Below the pieces are notes generated by a model. It did no database searches, had not been told where the DNA came from, and saw only the letters and a list, made by a program, of their open reading frames with translations. The position numbers were made by a program, and so were the translations under genes. A DNA stretch of 64,000 nt from Dimorphilus gyrociliatus. Taxonomy: Eukaryota > Animalia > Annelida. The stretch is taken from assembly GCA_904063045.1 (NCBI GenBank), contig CAJFCJ010000001.1, positions 1,984,001 to 2,048,000 on the forward strand, written 5' to 3'. Positions 1 to 13,507 of this stretch are shown in pieces. Positions within the stretch are counted from its first letter, which is position 1; every line of letters starts with the position of its first letter.

Positions 1-3000
1 CGTACGCGCCTATTTTGTCAGGCTAGCTGCTTGTGTAACTACTGGGTTAGCAAAACACACACTTTCCACCTCTTTCACTTACCTAGCCACTAATTTAATG
101 TCGAAACCGATTTCTCCATCTTTCAATCCCTCCAACTCCAAACGAACGCGCAAAACTCTATGCTCAAATGCAGGCACTCGATGAATATTTAATTTACGGC
201 GGTCTAAAGTGAACGGTCCAGAGCGAGCAGGCAGTTTCTGATCTTTAGATGTCGTTGGTAATTCTACAACTATCTCCTTTTTCAAGTTTTTTACTGTCAC
301 TTCTCTGGGAGTGGCACTTTCTGAGTTTTCATCGCATTGAAAGAGTGTTAAAGATGAAACAGAACCATCTAGCTGTTTGGGAAGAAAATCAATAGAGCAG
401 TCTTAAATAAACAAACTTACTAGTCTCGAGTAGGGATTTGACTCGTAATAAACGAGATGCGCCTGCAAACATGAGGACCGCCCAAAAGAGAAGGTCGACG
501 TTGGTGGCAAAAAAAAGGCGGAATGATCAGTCGCTCGCACTACGTTTGGCAATACTGCGTAGCGGCCTGCTAGTGTCGACAACGACGCCGTCTGTCGTCC
601 GACTGCCGCTTCCCCTGGAGTGCGCAGCATCACGTCGGCGTTAAGCAAAGCGCCTTCCAACAATTTTGTAGCCTCTTCAATCACAACTGTTTTATTCGTT
701 GATGACAATACATTTGAGGCAGCTACCAGTGATTCCGCAATGATACCATCCTCTAACTTATTACTTCCGGCAGCCAAACGGTACAGCTCAGTTGTTGTCC
801 TCTCTAAAACTCGCAGCGTAAGGGCGGCGCTCTCTTCTCTAAGACCATTCGTTGTCGTTTCCGCTAGAGCGGTTGCGGTCTGCTTTAATTCGAACTGCGT
901 ACGGCAAGGTAATTTGTCGAGGGTGCTGACGAGCTGGTGACGCGTGTCGGTGGCGTCAGTTTGTCGGCGGTTCAATGCTGTGGCTACTAACTGCGCGTAA
1001 GAACGCACAGCCAATCTATCCCCTTTAGATACTAATGAAACCAAATGATTATCGGTCGCAATAGCTTCTATTTTTTTTTCACTTTTCGAAACATTAATAG
1101 AAATTTGACAAATGTACGTTTTAGCACCGTTGTCGTCCATAATTGAGGGATGCAATCTGTTTAATCCTGTGAAGAAAAGAAAATCTGTAATAAGTTCAAC
1201 TATAAAAATGTGTTCACTCTTCTTTCAAAGAGTAACGCCAAGTAAAATGTCGATGCACGCAACCGACAGCCAACAATCAATCACAATACATTATCAACAC
1301 CCAAACACGCACAAGGGAAATCAATAATTATAGAAACTTTACCGGCCGGCAGTTGAAAAGCGATACTCTGATCCAATCCTTGATAAACTGGAACAGTGAC
1401 TTCATTATTTTCGGACGAAGTGTAGCTTAAACCATAGTGAAGTGGATAGTCCTAAAAAGTTTAATCGGAAGCTTTTAAATTGGAACGATCGACTAAAGAC
1501 TTTTAATTACCTCATCCTTCCAACCAGTGCAATGTAAGATAAACCAAGTTTCCATTTCCACCCCAGAATCCTTATCCAATTTACAAATTCCAAGCATTGG
1601 ACTATCGTTGACCTTTAAATAAAATAGTGCTGATCCTTTTCTTCCAGTAGACCTTTCCGAAATAGAAACTTCCACGAGATATTCGTCATCTGGTTTTAAA
1701 AAGTTCTCCTTTATTACTAACAATTTTCCCCGTAAGCCAGTAGTTGTGTGATCGTTTCTTATATTTATTTGCAACTTTCTCTTCCGTAGAACGTGCTCTT
1801 TAATAATGACAGGTTTGTGATCGTCCACTGCACCATCTCCGGGAGGCGAACCTTCTTCCGGTAACGGTTCCGGTTCTGGTCGTTGCCCATCAGTCGGTAA
1901 TTCTTCAGGTCTTCTCCTTCCGCTAGGTCTCTCCTTGATATTAGGAATTTTAAATTCTGACCAGGAGGAAATGGTAGTTTGTTCATTGGCTTTATTATAA
2001 TCCACAGTTGTGGCTGTCGTGAAATCTAAAATATTGGAGAGACAATGTAACATTTGTACTAATTTTAACCTAATATACCTTCTCGGCCAGGGGCTTTAGT
2101 CGTATTACTTCCGTTGCTTGATTCCGTCGTCTGATTGCCGTGTTCGTAGTTAAAATATGACGAGCCATCTGCTAGGATACATCTAGATTGATCGTCAACT
2201 AAAATAGGCTTTTTTCCTGACGGAACTTCAAATAGATTCCATTCGTAGACAACATTGTCAATATTTTCGTGGTTGGCCACCAAAACCAGACGATCGTTGG
2301 CGTTGATTTGCGGCGACAGACAACTCTGGCACTTAATGTAAACATCAATATTTCCACTCGACACAAATCGAATGACTTGCGAATTCCAGGTCGAACGTCG
2401 ACCATATTTAGAGATTGTTACATTTAATACAAACTCAGAGGTATTCGAATGGAAGAGAGAGCCATTCAAGTTTAAAACTTCATTACCAAAAGAATTTATA
2501 TCCACTTTACTATCAATGAAGCAGCCAGCAGCTAAATCGTTTAATGAATAGCAACTCCATTTGAAAGTTAATGAGCCATTCAATTCATCAGGATCGTAAG
2601 AATCAGAGGAGTCAATAATAATTGTTTCATTTCTATTAAAATCACGTCTTGTACCTCCTTTAATATTTGAAATTAATTTACTCGGTACTATTTGACGAAA
2701 TGTTCTAGCCCGACTGACAATAATTGTGTCATTCAGTGAAACGTGTAAATCAAAAGTGTAATTGCCGTAATTTAAACAACCGGGTGGCAATATTAAATCT
2801 TTTTCTTTCAAAAGATTGTTCGATATACATCCAATGTCGACGGCTGTGCCACTCGTCGCGTTGCAAACACTCCACGAGAATTTAGCCACTTCAGATATTG
2901 AACAGTTTATGCTTACTCGAGTTTCGATAATCAATTCTTTAGAGCGCGCAACCTAAATCCGAAAACGAAATGCCTGTCACTAACATTCCCTCTCGTTTTT

Positions 3001-6000
3001 ATAAACAAAAAACAGCTAACATATGTTATAACTAATTATCATTTAGTTTACCTTAGAATTCGTTAAACCTAAAACCTTTACTTCGGGCAAAAGGCAATGT
3101 TCCCGTGTAACGAAAACGTCAACTGATGTTGTTACTTCGCCGAGAGGATTTCTCGCAATCACAGATACAACGTACTTCTTTTCTCTGCATACAAAACAAG
3201 CGCAGCTTAATAGACAGAAAGGGAAAAAAAGAGAATTACTCACTCATTGAATATTCTCCACACTTCTCGCGAAGTAGTTGTTAAATTATCCGAACTGTCG
3301 CCAAAATTCCAAACATATTGCACATCGGAACCCTAACATATAAAATATATGCAACTAGGCCAAACAATTTAACAATCTTTATAATACTTACAAAATAATG
3401 CCAAGCAACAAAAGAAATTTTCTCGCCGACTATTTTAGCAGTATTTTGCAGTCTTATGGTTAAGTCAGTTGATATTCTAGCCATAACACGTACTCGGAAG
3501 GGATCTGAGGTCACGCTTCCAAAATCATTCGTTGCTTTTGCGACAACCAGATGCCTAAGTGTACGAAAATAATGTTAAAAAGAGAAATTGATGGAAAACA
3601 AAGGCTTACTCATTGGGTGTGTTATAAATAAACGTAAAAAGTGGTATTGCCGTCAGCTGCTCAGTAGCTCCTCCATTTACATTCCAGCTGTAGTACTTCA
3701 CCAAAGTCTTATCTGAAGGTGGTCTAGTTTCAACTTCAAATCGAACCAATTCACCAATCGGTACAACGTTAGGTCCAGTTAGTTGTATTCCTATAAGCCT
3801 CTTTTGTACTCTAATGACTACAGTTTCTGTAATAATACCAACAAGATTTTGAGCGGTAACAGTAACTTGATAAATGCCCGTTGTTTCGTATACATGACTC
3901 GATACACTTCCTAAGAAAAATTTAATTAATTAATCGAATTGCATATTATATACGAAATATAATTTTCCTATTATTTACCCTCATCAACTTTCCCATCTTG
4001 CCAATCTATTGTATAGGAGACGTTCGATCCCCTTGCAACGGATGCCCTTATCCAGGTAGCATTACCTAAGAGCACAGTTTTACTGTTTACATCGACCGTT
4101 AGTTGTTCCGGCTCTCTCTGCACTTTAATAGTACCTTTCAGCATCGCGCTTCCAAGTTGATTGCTAGCGTTTATCGATACGGAATAAACGCCGGCTGTGT
4201 GTATATTGCCGTTAATGTCGTCACTCAACTGTATATAAAAATTATTTTAATTTACCTTTATAATAGAAATGGCGAATTTGTGCTGTAAGGAAGTAGTCAT
4301 TATCAATAACTGGAAGAGTTACTGATTGATTATCTCCAAAATTCACTAGAATCCTAACATCCGTACCCGATTGCATAATTACTTGAAATTGGACTGGATC
4401 AGATACACCTGACACAGAAGGATCAATAGAATCTCGAAATGGTATTCCAATTACAGTGTCATTTCCTTCCAGAAAATGAATGCTGACATATGCTTCAACA
4501 TTCTTTATAGGATCCATCATAACTACCTTATATGGTAAACTGCGACAAACTCCCTTCAGTTGCAACCGACTGGTTACACAGACTTTTATTTCGTAAGCTC
4601 CTGTAAGTTGATATACTTTTCGGACAGTACTCGATGTGGCATTGCCAAATATATCGTCTGCCCCTGTTAAATCATTCATATCCCATTCGAAAGCCAAATC
4701 CTTCCCCGAGCCCACAGTAGCTGTAACTTGTATTCCTAATTCACGATCGATGTACAAGTCAGATGGAACGGCTTGTAAGCTAATATTGCCAATAGCTTCC
4801 TCTACAGTTGCTGTTGTGCTAATCCAAGTTCTGTCAACAAGATTCGATACAAATGCACGTACCCCGAAAGTTCCAACATTTTTATACTGGTGTCTGACAA
4901 AATAGGTAAAAGATGAGTCTTCGCCTAATCCCAAACCCCTTGTGGAGTTGAGTGAAAACGAGTCCTTTTTCAATTTTGTGTCGTCACCAAAATTCATATT
5001 TAATGTGAAATTGTTTGTCCCTTTTATAATTAGTGTAAATAGAGACATCTGACCAAGAACGACAGGTTCCACACGCAAGCGTACGCTATTAATAGGATAT
5101 TGAACCTGCACAATTCGCTCTAGCACCCGCTGGCTTACATCATTTTTAACAATTACTGTAATAGCATGAGGACCCTTCGTTTGAAAAACTGCCGTCATTT
5201 TGTTTCTAGAGGTCCATGGGAAACTGACAGTGCCTATAGTCCACTTATATAGTAAATCAGTAGCAAATTCGGCCAGAACCACATAAGTAAAATTGACGGT
5301 TTCCGACGAATTAATTGACAAGGCTGACGGACCTTTTAAATCCGCTTTACCTATTGGTTCTTGAATATGTACTAAACTCTGGACCATTTTTATCTTTGAT
5401 CCTTTAAATTCTGCTGTCACTTGATAAATTCCTGGTTTTTTATAACTATGTTGAAATTGAATATCTGTACTAAACATAAGTTCCTGTTTTTCTCCGTCCC
5501 CATATGAAACAAGTATATTAGATTTTGGGATTATCAAAAGCCTAAAACTAACAGGTTTTCCAACCACTTCGAACGCCTTGTGTGCCAAACAAGGAGTGTC
5601 TAACACAGGATGAATAGGACAACCGGTCGAAGATACAACTTTACTCACTTTGTTAGATGCCTGAAGCGAAACATTTGCGGTTGACCGATCAGGTAAAATA
5701 ACCGGCTGAAAGAGAGGTGACTTTGACGTTGTAGTTTTGTTATTATAAGTCCACTCATACTTCGCATCATTGCGCCAAAGAAGATTTGCTTTGGACGCCC
5801 TAGGGCAATCTTCGTTTAATTGACCATTAAATATAGCCGCGAATATGTTGAAATAGCCGCTTGTTAAAGCATTTACAACAGCTACTTGAATGTCATCTGG
5901 TATAGTATCTTCAACTTCAACATATAATACTTGAGTTTTTGTTGATACATGATTAAAAACAGTAACTTCTACACTATGAGTTCCCGATTTAAGAAAAATA

Positions 6001-8729
6001 TGCGAAATTTTGGCCGTTCCATTTGTGATTTTTCGAGATTCGTGGAAAATCCATCCATTGGTCGCAGCTTTAACCATAGGAGAAGTTCCTTCTAAAATTT
6101 TCACGAGCAGACTAAACCCGTTGAATCCGGATGCCACTACAAAGTGAGAAGGATGAACGGTTAGTCCAGCAACTGAGTCCTGAATTTCTACGATCGACGA
6201 TACAGTTGCTCTAGAGACTTTATTTGAGATTTTCACTGAAATTTTGTAGTGACTGGCCTCAGAGTAGGATAAACGGCGCCTAGAGATTTTTCCAAAAACA
6301 CTGCTATCGATCAGCGTCTTACCATTTCCAAAATCCCATTCGAACGTCAAATCTGTGCCAGTCGTCACGCTCGCGGTAACAGTTATGTAGGAGTCCACTA
6401 AAGCATATCGTGTGGGAGAAAGTAGCAACTTTGGATTGGCAACCGGTTCTTCAATTTTCACGCTAATCTCAGCCAATTGTCGACTCACTCCGTTAGATGC
6501 AATACATTTGATGAGGACCACTCGAGCCCAGTTTGGTGTCCAAGACAATTTAGGGTTAGAATTACTTGTGAAAGAGTAGATTATTTCATTATCCAAAGTT
6601 AGTATTTTCCATTCAAATTTTACTCTTGAAAGATCTTTATATCCGTTGGAAATGCGTGCTTGAAAAATTGAAGCTCTTCCCAAAGCTATATAATTTTCAC
6701 CATCTATACGCACTGGCGGTAGCTTACTCTCGATAATTAAGTCTCGGTCGACCGTAATATTAACGTCAGCGACGAATGGAGAATAGAAGAGAAGCCTCGG
6801 TCGATATTTTCCTGCCGTCGAATAACGCAATTCGATTGTTTTCCGTAAATGGCAAGTCCGAGTATAATTAGATTGCGAATGCCGGAGGTCGCTAGACGTC
6901 AGCTTGATTGAAGATCCATCTCCCGAATCGATAACAAGAGACGCTCCCTCGATTGACGCCGTATAGATGTCGAACGCTAAGTGTACGGTCGAATTAACGG
7001 AGTGGACGGACGAAGGAGCCGTTAGGGAAACGTTGACCACTTGACGCTCTAAAGCCATCTGTGAATAATCGATAAGCATTTACACGCAATCGATAATCAT
7101 CATTACACATACGCTAATGCGTCACCGTAGTTGAAAAAAAAGGGAAAAAAACTAGCGGACGATTAATCAAATTACACAATGCAGCTCCATACCGCAAATT
7201 AACATCAGACTATTGATCGCAAACGATATATGATATCGATTTCTTAGAAGTGCACACAATCCCAACAACGAACATTAGGCGGATAAGCATCTAAACGCAT
7301 ATGAATTGGCACTTACCAACGATAAGGCTGAGTGCACGAGTAGTTCGCCAGAGCGCACCTCAACTCTTACGTTATATTCACCGATCCGAGGAGGAGAGAA
7401 CGCCTACGAGGAAAATAATTTATTATGTTAAATTATCAGGGAAAGGTCATAAGCTTACTAGACGGTCAGTCAAGCATCTCGAGCAGTTTGTCGATCGAAT
7501 TTCTTTTCCATTTATTCTCCAAATCCAGTTCAGGTTACGGCCTGTGTCGGCATCCGCTTCTAGGATCAAACTCTCTCCAACAAGAGCGGTGGCAACATTT
7601 TCTACGGGTGAACACGATGTGGCTGTCTTGTTGGCTAAATCCAAATCGACAATAGATAAATAATGTGTCTTAAATGAGAAATTAGCCTTTGAACGAAGTT
7701 CTGAAAGCTCCGTACGGGCGAGCAAGTCTGGAAAAAAAGGCGGACGAATGAGAAAAGCTTCATTAAGGCGGCGTGATTGATCACTAACCGACGCTCAGCT
7801 GCCCACAAGATGGGGCGTCGAACGTTATAGCCGTTTGCGGTGTAGCGACTATCCTACTTCCGTTTCCCGCAACTTGTCCGCAAGATCTCCATTGCCATGA
7901 TAGCTGAATTATTCGCCAACCGCTGGCAGAATCGTCAGGCAGTCCATCTTCGATTTCTCTCTCAAAGCCCACTAGGATAGCGAATGCTTTATCACCGCTA
8001 GATGGCGCTATGTTTATTCGAGAAAGGCGTGGTAGGCGAACGGTGTAGAGGGCGGCGGTGCCGCCGCAGGGTAGGGACAAGCCGACTTGAAGCGGACATC
8101 TGGCGAAAACGTGCCCAATCAAACGTTATCGGTAAAACAAGCACTTAAACATCGTTCGTTTTAAAACTGCGCGGCCGAGCCGGGGGCCTGCCAGTCAAGA
8201 CAAACACATACAGTAAACATACCGTCAATTGTATGCACACACGCACCGACACTAATGTAAACAAACCTCTCACTACACGTTTTGACGTCCGACGAACCGT
8301 TCCAACGGCGGCAAGAGCAACGGTTATCAGAGCCTACTAGGACGTATGTGAAACTGTATGACAAGGAAAATATTCATAAGAGCTCTCAACAATAAACGAA
8401 ACCTACTTCTTTTGTGTGCAATCTTGAAAACATTCTATCAACTGGCTTGCGTTCGAAACGTTCGTGCCGTCAGCGAATTCCGATACGTTCACACATCCAA
8501 TATGCCAGGCGGCTGTCAAAGAATATTTCGTCAAATTAACTTTAGATGCTTTAAGACTTTTATTAACGTCTAGCCTACGGGCTAGAAACATTTTCTTGCT
8601 CCATCCAACACGATTTATATCCGATCTATAACATTACTTACCACTTTTGTTGCTATATTCCTTTTCTGTACATTCAACAGAATGAAAAGCTAGTAGCAGA
8701 ATCAGCTGACATACGCGAATTAACGCCAT
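1..8729 (-). CDS. Polycystin-1 (PKD1)-like receptor, multi-exon, 3' part runs off left edge: signal peptide, WSC domain, many PKD/Ig-like repeats, REJ module, start of GAIN region
   Basis: ATG at 8729 gives signal peptide MALIRVCQLILLLAFHSVEC. Spliced exons give WSC pattern WHIGC...ECFQDCTQKNFTYVLVGSDNRCSC (intron 8354-8406). PKD motifs WDFGNG, YGDG, NFGDD, WNFGD lie in ORF 4242-7079 and the ~3245-3330 exon. REJ-like SDSYDPD and FKWSC in 2065-2934. GAIN-like VTVKNLKKEIVVELP in 79-300. Exon boundaries in 7700-8260 not fully resolved. Confidence 0.88.
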
Positions 8730-8969
8730 TGTAGACATCAATCGGGAAACGCGCGCCACAAATTCATTTTATACGTTCATCATCTGCAACTTAATGCGAC
8801 AGTCAATATAATTCATATAGTTCGCAGCTCGGAAGTAGTTCGGCTGTTATTATTACGCTGTGTTTGTAATAGCAGAGGTCGTAACTGCAGTACGATAGAT
8901 GGCGCGCATAAATTAAAAAAACATAAATTTTGTATTAAAAAATAAACATTAATCAACGAAAAGTTTTCA

Positions 8970-9459
8970 TTAAAAAAGATATTTGATGATAAAAACTGAT
9001 GTTAAAACTGTTAATACAGTAGATAACTTGGAAGCCGACGTGTATGTTGCCGAATTGCATCCTTCTCCGGAGCACGTATATATACAAGCTCGATAAGTAC
9101 GATCGTGATCAGGATAAGTAACATATTGACACTGATTTCCCATTCCTCTTGACGAACAAAATCTTGTGGTTCCAACTACACCACCCCAAACTCCCGTGGT
9201 TTTTAAGCAGTATGCGGCAGCATCCACTTTACATTCCGTAGGTTTTATCAACAGCTCATCTTTGTGAGCATGATCAAAAAATTCTTTGCAATCTGGATCC
9301 TTAGCTGAATCACACTGATAGCAATTCAATGATTCTCCTAAAAATAAAGTAATGTTGTTAAGTAAAACGAATTTTGCTTTTTTACAATTCGAAAAAGAAC
9401 TTACCTATAATAGCCAAAGATAAAAAAAGTAATAACGAATATAAAGATTTAGTGTCCAT
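8970..9459 (-). CDS. Ly6/uPAR three-finger protein, secreted and probably GPI-anchored (invertebrate Ly6 / scoloptoxin-05-like)
   Basis: Exon 1 9405-9459 is a signal peptide (MDTKSLYSLLLFLSLAII); intron 9338-9404. Exon 2 reads LNCYQC...CLKTTG...RFCSS...YRACIYTCSGEGCN, then a hydrophobic C-terminal tail. Confidence 0.9.
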
Positions 9460-9943
9460 TGTTTAAAAGCAGGCAGTTTGATTCTTACATACTAATTGTT
9501 TTATATCTGGATACAGGTAGTTCTTTCACCTGAGAATTAGTACCGGAAGTTAGTATGGTTACGATCCGAAAAATATATTTTCTCTCTAAACTTAACATAC
9601 TTTACTCTTCACGTATTTATAAAATCATTTATATTGTAAACAAATGAAAAAAAAAGTTTCTTAGATTTCCAGGTACAATAATTCTTATAAGAAAAAGTTA
9701 AAAATAATGAGGTTCCAGTTCAGTTCCAAATCTGAAGAAGCGCGCTGTATGATTCATTAGCGGCGTTCTTTGTCTAAAAAAATTCACTTTTACCGTCCCA
9801 GAGAGTGTCCAGTCAGGGTTTAGCGCTTGGATCGGTTACCTCGAACGAGTTATCTCATCTTACCCTAATCAGAAGAGAATCTTCACAACTTTTATCCACG
9901 ATTTTACCAGGAATAAATTTTAAATCAAGGTTTTAACATAAAG

Positions 9944-12464
9944 ATGACTATAGATGATGAGCAACCCAGATCGGATGGAGAAACGCAAGAAATGCAAGAA
10001 ACTGAAATGGAATCAGAAATAGGTACAGGTACGGCAACAGAAAATGGAAAAAAGCATTCTCCGTCACCTGAGGAAGCAAAAAAAGCTCTTACATCCAAAG
10101 AAGTAGATCAACAAGCTCAAGGCAAGTTTCCTTTAAATAGTAAAGTGATGAAAATTAATCCTATGACTATCATACTGTTGTTACATAGAAGGTGAAGAAA
10201 TGAATCTCTTGAAAACTAATGGTACGATGGTGGAAATGGATGAAGAAAAGGGAGAGAATGGAGCTGACAATAGTCGAATAAAGATAGTTACCAGCGAAAA
10301 AAAGAAAAAACAAAGAAAGTGTTTATTCATCGGAATCGTCGTAATATTAGTCATAATTACAGCTGCCCTAATTGGAATGCTGGCCCACCACTATACTACA
10401 ACATATAAGAAACTTCGTCTTGCAGTCCTATTCCAGGACAACATGGTTCTTCAACGAGAACCTCAGAGGGCAAGAATATGGGGCTATGGACCGTCGAGTC
10501 CAAAAAACCAGTCGATTTTCGTACAGTTAAAGAACAAAACAGGTCACATTGTTCAAAGCCAAACAACACAAACGGTTAAGACTGGTAACGAATATATTTG
10601 GTCTATATATTTGGAACCGATGAACAAAGGTGGACCATACATGATTGAAGTTCAATTGGAAGGTTTCAAAGAGGAGGTTTTAAAAATAAAAAATATTCTC
10701 TTTGGTGACGTTTGGATATGTGCTGGCGACGAAAATATGCAGTACACGCTACATAAGGTACGTAGGGAATTGGAACGCATTACAATTTTGTGTGCAATAA
10801 TGTTTATTATCGACAGATGGGAAATGAATACGATGTTTTAATGTTAGCTAAACGGGCCTTACATTTACGGTTATTTTCTCTGTCTTCACTAAGATCTCGT
10901 GTACCACTCTCTGACATAAGAGATGTTGAAATACCCTGGTCATTACCAACAAAAGGTACTATCCACGTCTTGAGACTAGACAATATAATTATTTGTTTTC
11001 CGTACATTAACTTTTAGATGCATTATTTGGACAAGAACCGCTACCAGGCCAAATTGGATCACATTTTAGCTCTTTGTGCTTTAACTTTGGTAGGAAACTG
11101 TATCATGAATTAAACGTCCCAATTGGACTCATTTCATCAACGTTCGCCCATTCTAAAATCGAAGAGTGGAGTAGTACTGACTCAGCTAAAGAGTGTAATG
11201 AAGATTCTTTCAGGTTTGTATAAAAGTAGATTTTATTGGAATTTTACAAAACACAAACCTTGTATAACGCCTGCATTTAACATTTATAGAAACAGCCACA
11301 CTAGTACCGTCTGGAATTCCATGATTAATCCACTGAAGATGCAAACCTTCAAAGGAATGATCTTTTATCAAGGTAAAGTACTAATGCTATAAATCACCCT
11401 ATTCGCTTAGATTCATGACCTTTATTGCTTCCAGGAAGCAAAGATGCAATAGAAAGCACTTATGGACCAACATACGAATGTCTTTTCAAACAATTTATTA
11501 CATCCGTTAAATCGGAGACAGATGCTTCTGTTGGCTTCATTCAAGTATGTTACCCGTAAAATTTGCTTCTTGACCCTTCATTAATCAATTATTACACAGC
11601 TTCCTGGGGCAGCTAATAAATATTTATACCACTACACTAATATTAGATGGCTACAGACGTCATCTTTCGGTTACGTTCCAAATAAACTCATGTCAGATAG
11701 TTTTATGGTTTCAGCTATTGACTTGCCAGCGTATAAACAATCAAATCCCAGGTAAAATAAATAAACAGTTAATGTAATTCAGCAATCTCTCATTAAAGTA
11801 CTTCTTTCTCAACAGTTTTTTTGTCAATACAACGGACGTGCTGAGTGATAGATTAGTGTTGTCTGTACTCTATCATTCGTATCAATGGCAAAACGGAGCA
11901 AACTTGACTCCATATCCTATTGATATTCAGACCATTGGGAAGAATCTTCAAATAACTTTTCAATCGAACTATGAAAGTAACCCAGAAAGCATTGACGCGT
12001 TTGAGGTATTAATTATGCTTATTTGTCAGCTATATATCACACTTAAAACAATGTTTTGCAGATATGTTGCACTCCAAAGAATTTCACAGATCCTTGCCCT
12101 GAGTTTGGAAAAACTGGAGAAACCACGGGCGGATTTGTAAAATGGTTACCCGCACTTCTAGTCGAATCTCAAGCTCCATTCTTAAAATTGGGTGTTGATA
12201 GAGATTCCTGTTCACTGTAAGTACTTGAATATTTTTCTCTGCCTCCTATAATTGAAGTTTTTCTCTCTCCTTAGTGATAAGAAACTACACGGTATCCGAT
12301 ACGCGTGGAATGCCCAACCTTGCGATTTTGAAAAATGCGCTATCTACGGTGAATCTAACAAACTACCTACTGGACCTTTTTTGTATCCGAATCTAGATGA
12401 AAACCAGATAAGGAAAAGAATAATTATTAATCGCTTGTTTTCAAACTCAACAAAAGGAGTTTAA
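9944..12464 (+). CDS. Sialate O-acetylesterase (SIAE)-like SGNH-fold protein with N-terminal cytosolic region and one TM helix; catalytic motifs degenerate
   Basis: SIAE-family motifs LFQDNMVLQRE..RARIWGYG, ILFGDVWIC, FGRKLYHELNVPIGLI, IFYQG, GIRYAWNAQPC..CAIY..LPTGPF across about 9 exons. TM segment CLFIGIVVILVIITAALIGMLA. Confidence 0.85.
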
Positions 12465-12533
12465 CTTTGAATTAGTGAATACTATGGCTTTAGTTGTCGT
12501 TTTTGTTTATTTATGTCGTTTTTGTATTATTTA

Positions 12534-13507
12534 CTATGCGTAAACGTTCCAAATGCTGATATTGCCGTCTTTTGAACCAAGATATATCAGATTGCTTTGA
12601 GAAATAGAGACACTTTGTATACTTTCAGTATGATAAGATAGAACAGCTAATTGCTTTCCCGATTTAGCCCCATAAACCCTTCCCTGACCATCCCATCCGC
12701 CTGTTACAAATATTCGACTGTCATTTCGAAATTTAATACAATTAAAACCGCTTCCAGTTGCCTCTATATTTTTTAAAACATTTAATTTCTTTTCTTGAAG
12801 GGACCACAAAATCAGATTGTTTTCAGCGCTTCCCGATACTCCTCTACTCAATTCTGCCGAATAACCTATGCACATAACCGGCTCAGTGAAGAGACTATGA
12901 TGAAAATCTTCTGTATCTCGATCCCAAAGAGATATACCCCCATCTTCATACCCTACTAGTACTTGAGGATAATCCATTTTTGAGAAGGCAACCATAGACA
13001 TGCACATTCCATATTTTTTCCCCGGCTTTAGGGTAAAGAGTTCTGATTTATCTTGTGGATCGATGATTTTAATCAACGATTTTTCATCAAAAGGAATTAT
13101 TAATACTTGACGATCAGTTATTTTTATGTCGATTAACGGACAGAAACCAATAAACTCCGTTACCAATGAACCTACAACAGTTCACTATGTCAATATATAA
13201 ACGAACAATCTCAAAGAGAGTACAAACCTATTAATTTAAAATTGTCATCCCAAAAGCTAACTACCCCATCTCTTCCCTGAGTAGCAAAACCCCCGTGCAT
13301 TAGGCAGATGACGGATAATATTCCCTTTCCATTATGAATTTTATGAGTGCTCGTTTTTCGCTTAGTTTTCATATCCCATATTGTTAATTCTCCTTTCTCC
13401 GACCCAGATAAGATATATTCAGTCTCATTTTGATAAATGGTTAAACACGTTATAGGTGCTTGCCCACTTCTCAAAATAAAAGCTGGATCTGGTGGGGGTA
13501 AAGACAT
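12534..13507 (-). CDS. GNB1L: WD40 protein, G-protein beta-like protein 1 (GNB1L/Asa1 family)
   Basis: N-terminus MSLPPPDPAFILR matches the recalled family start PPPDPxFVLR. WD repeats include IFVTGGWDG and GSKDGNISIW. One intron near 13170-13225. Confidence 0.85.
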
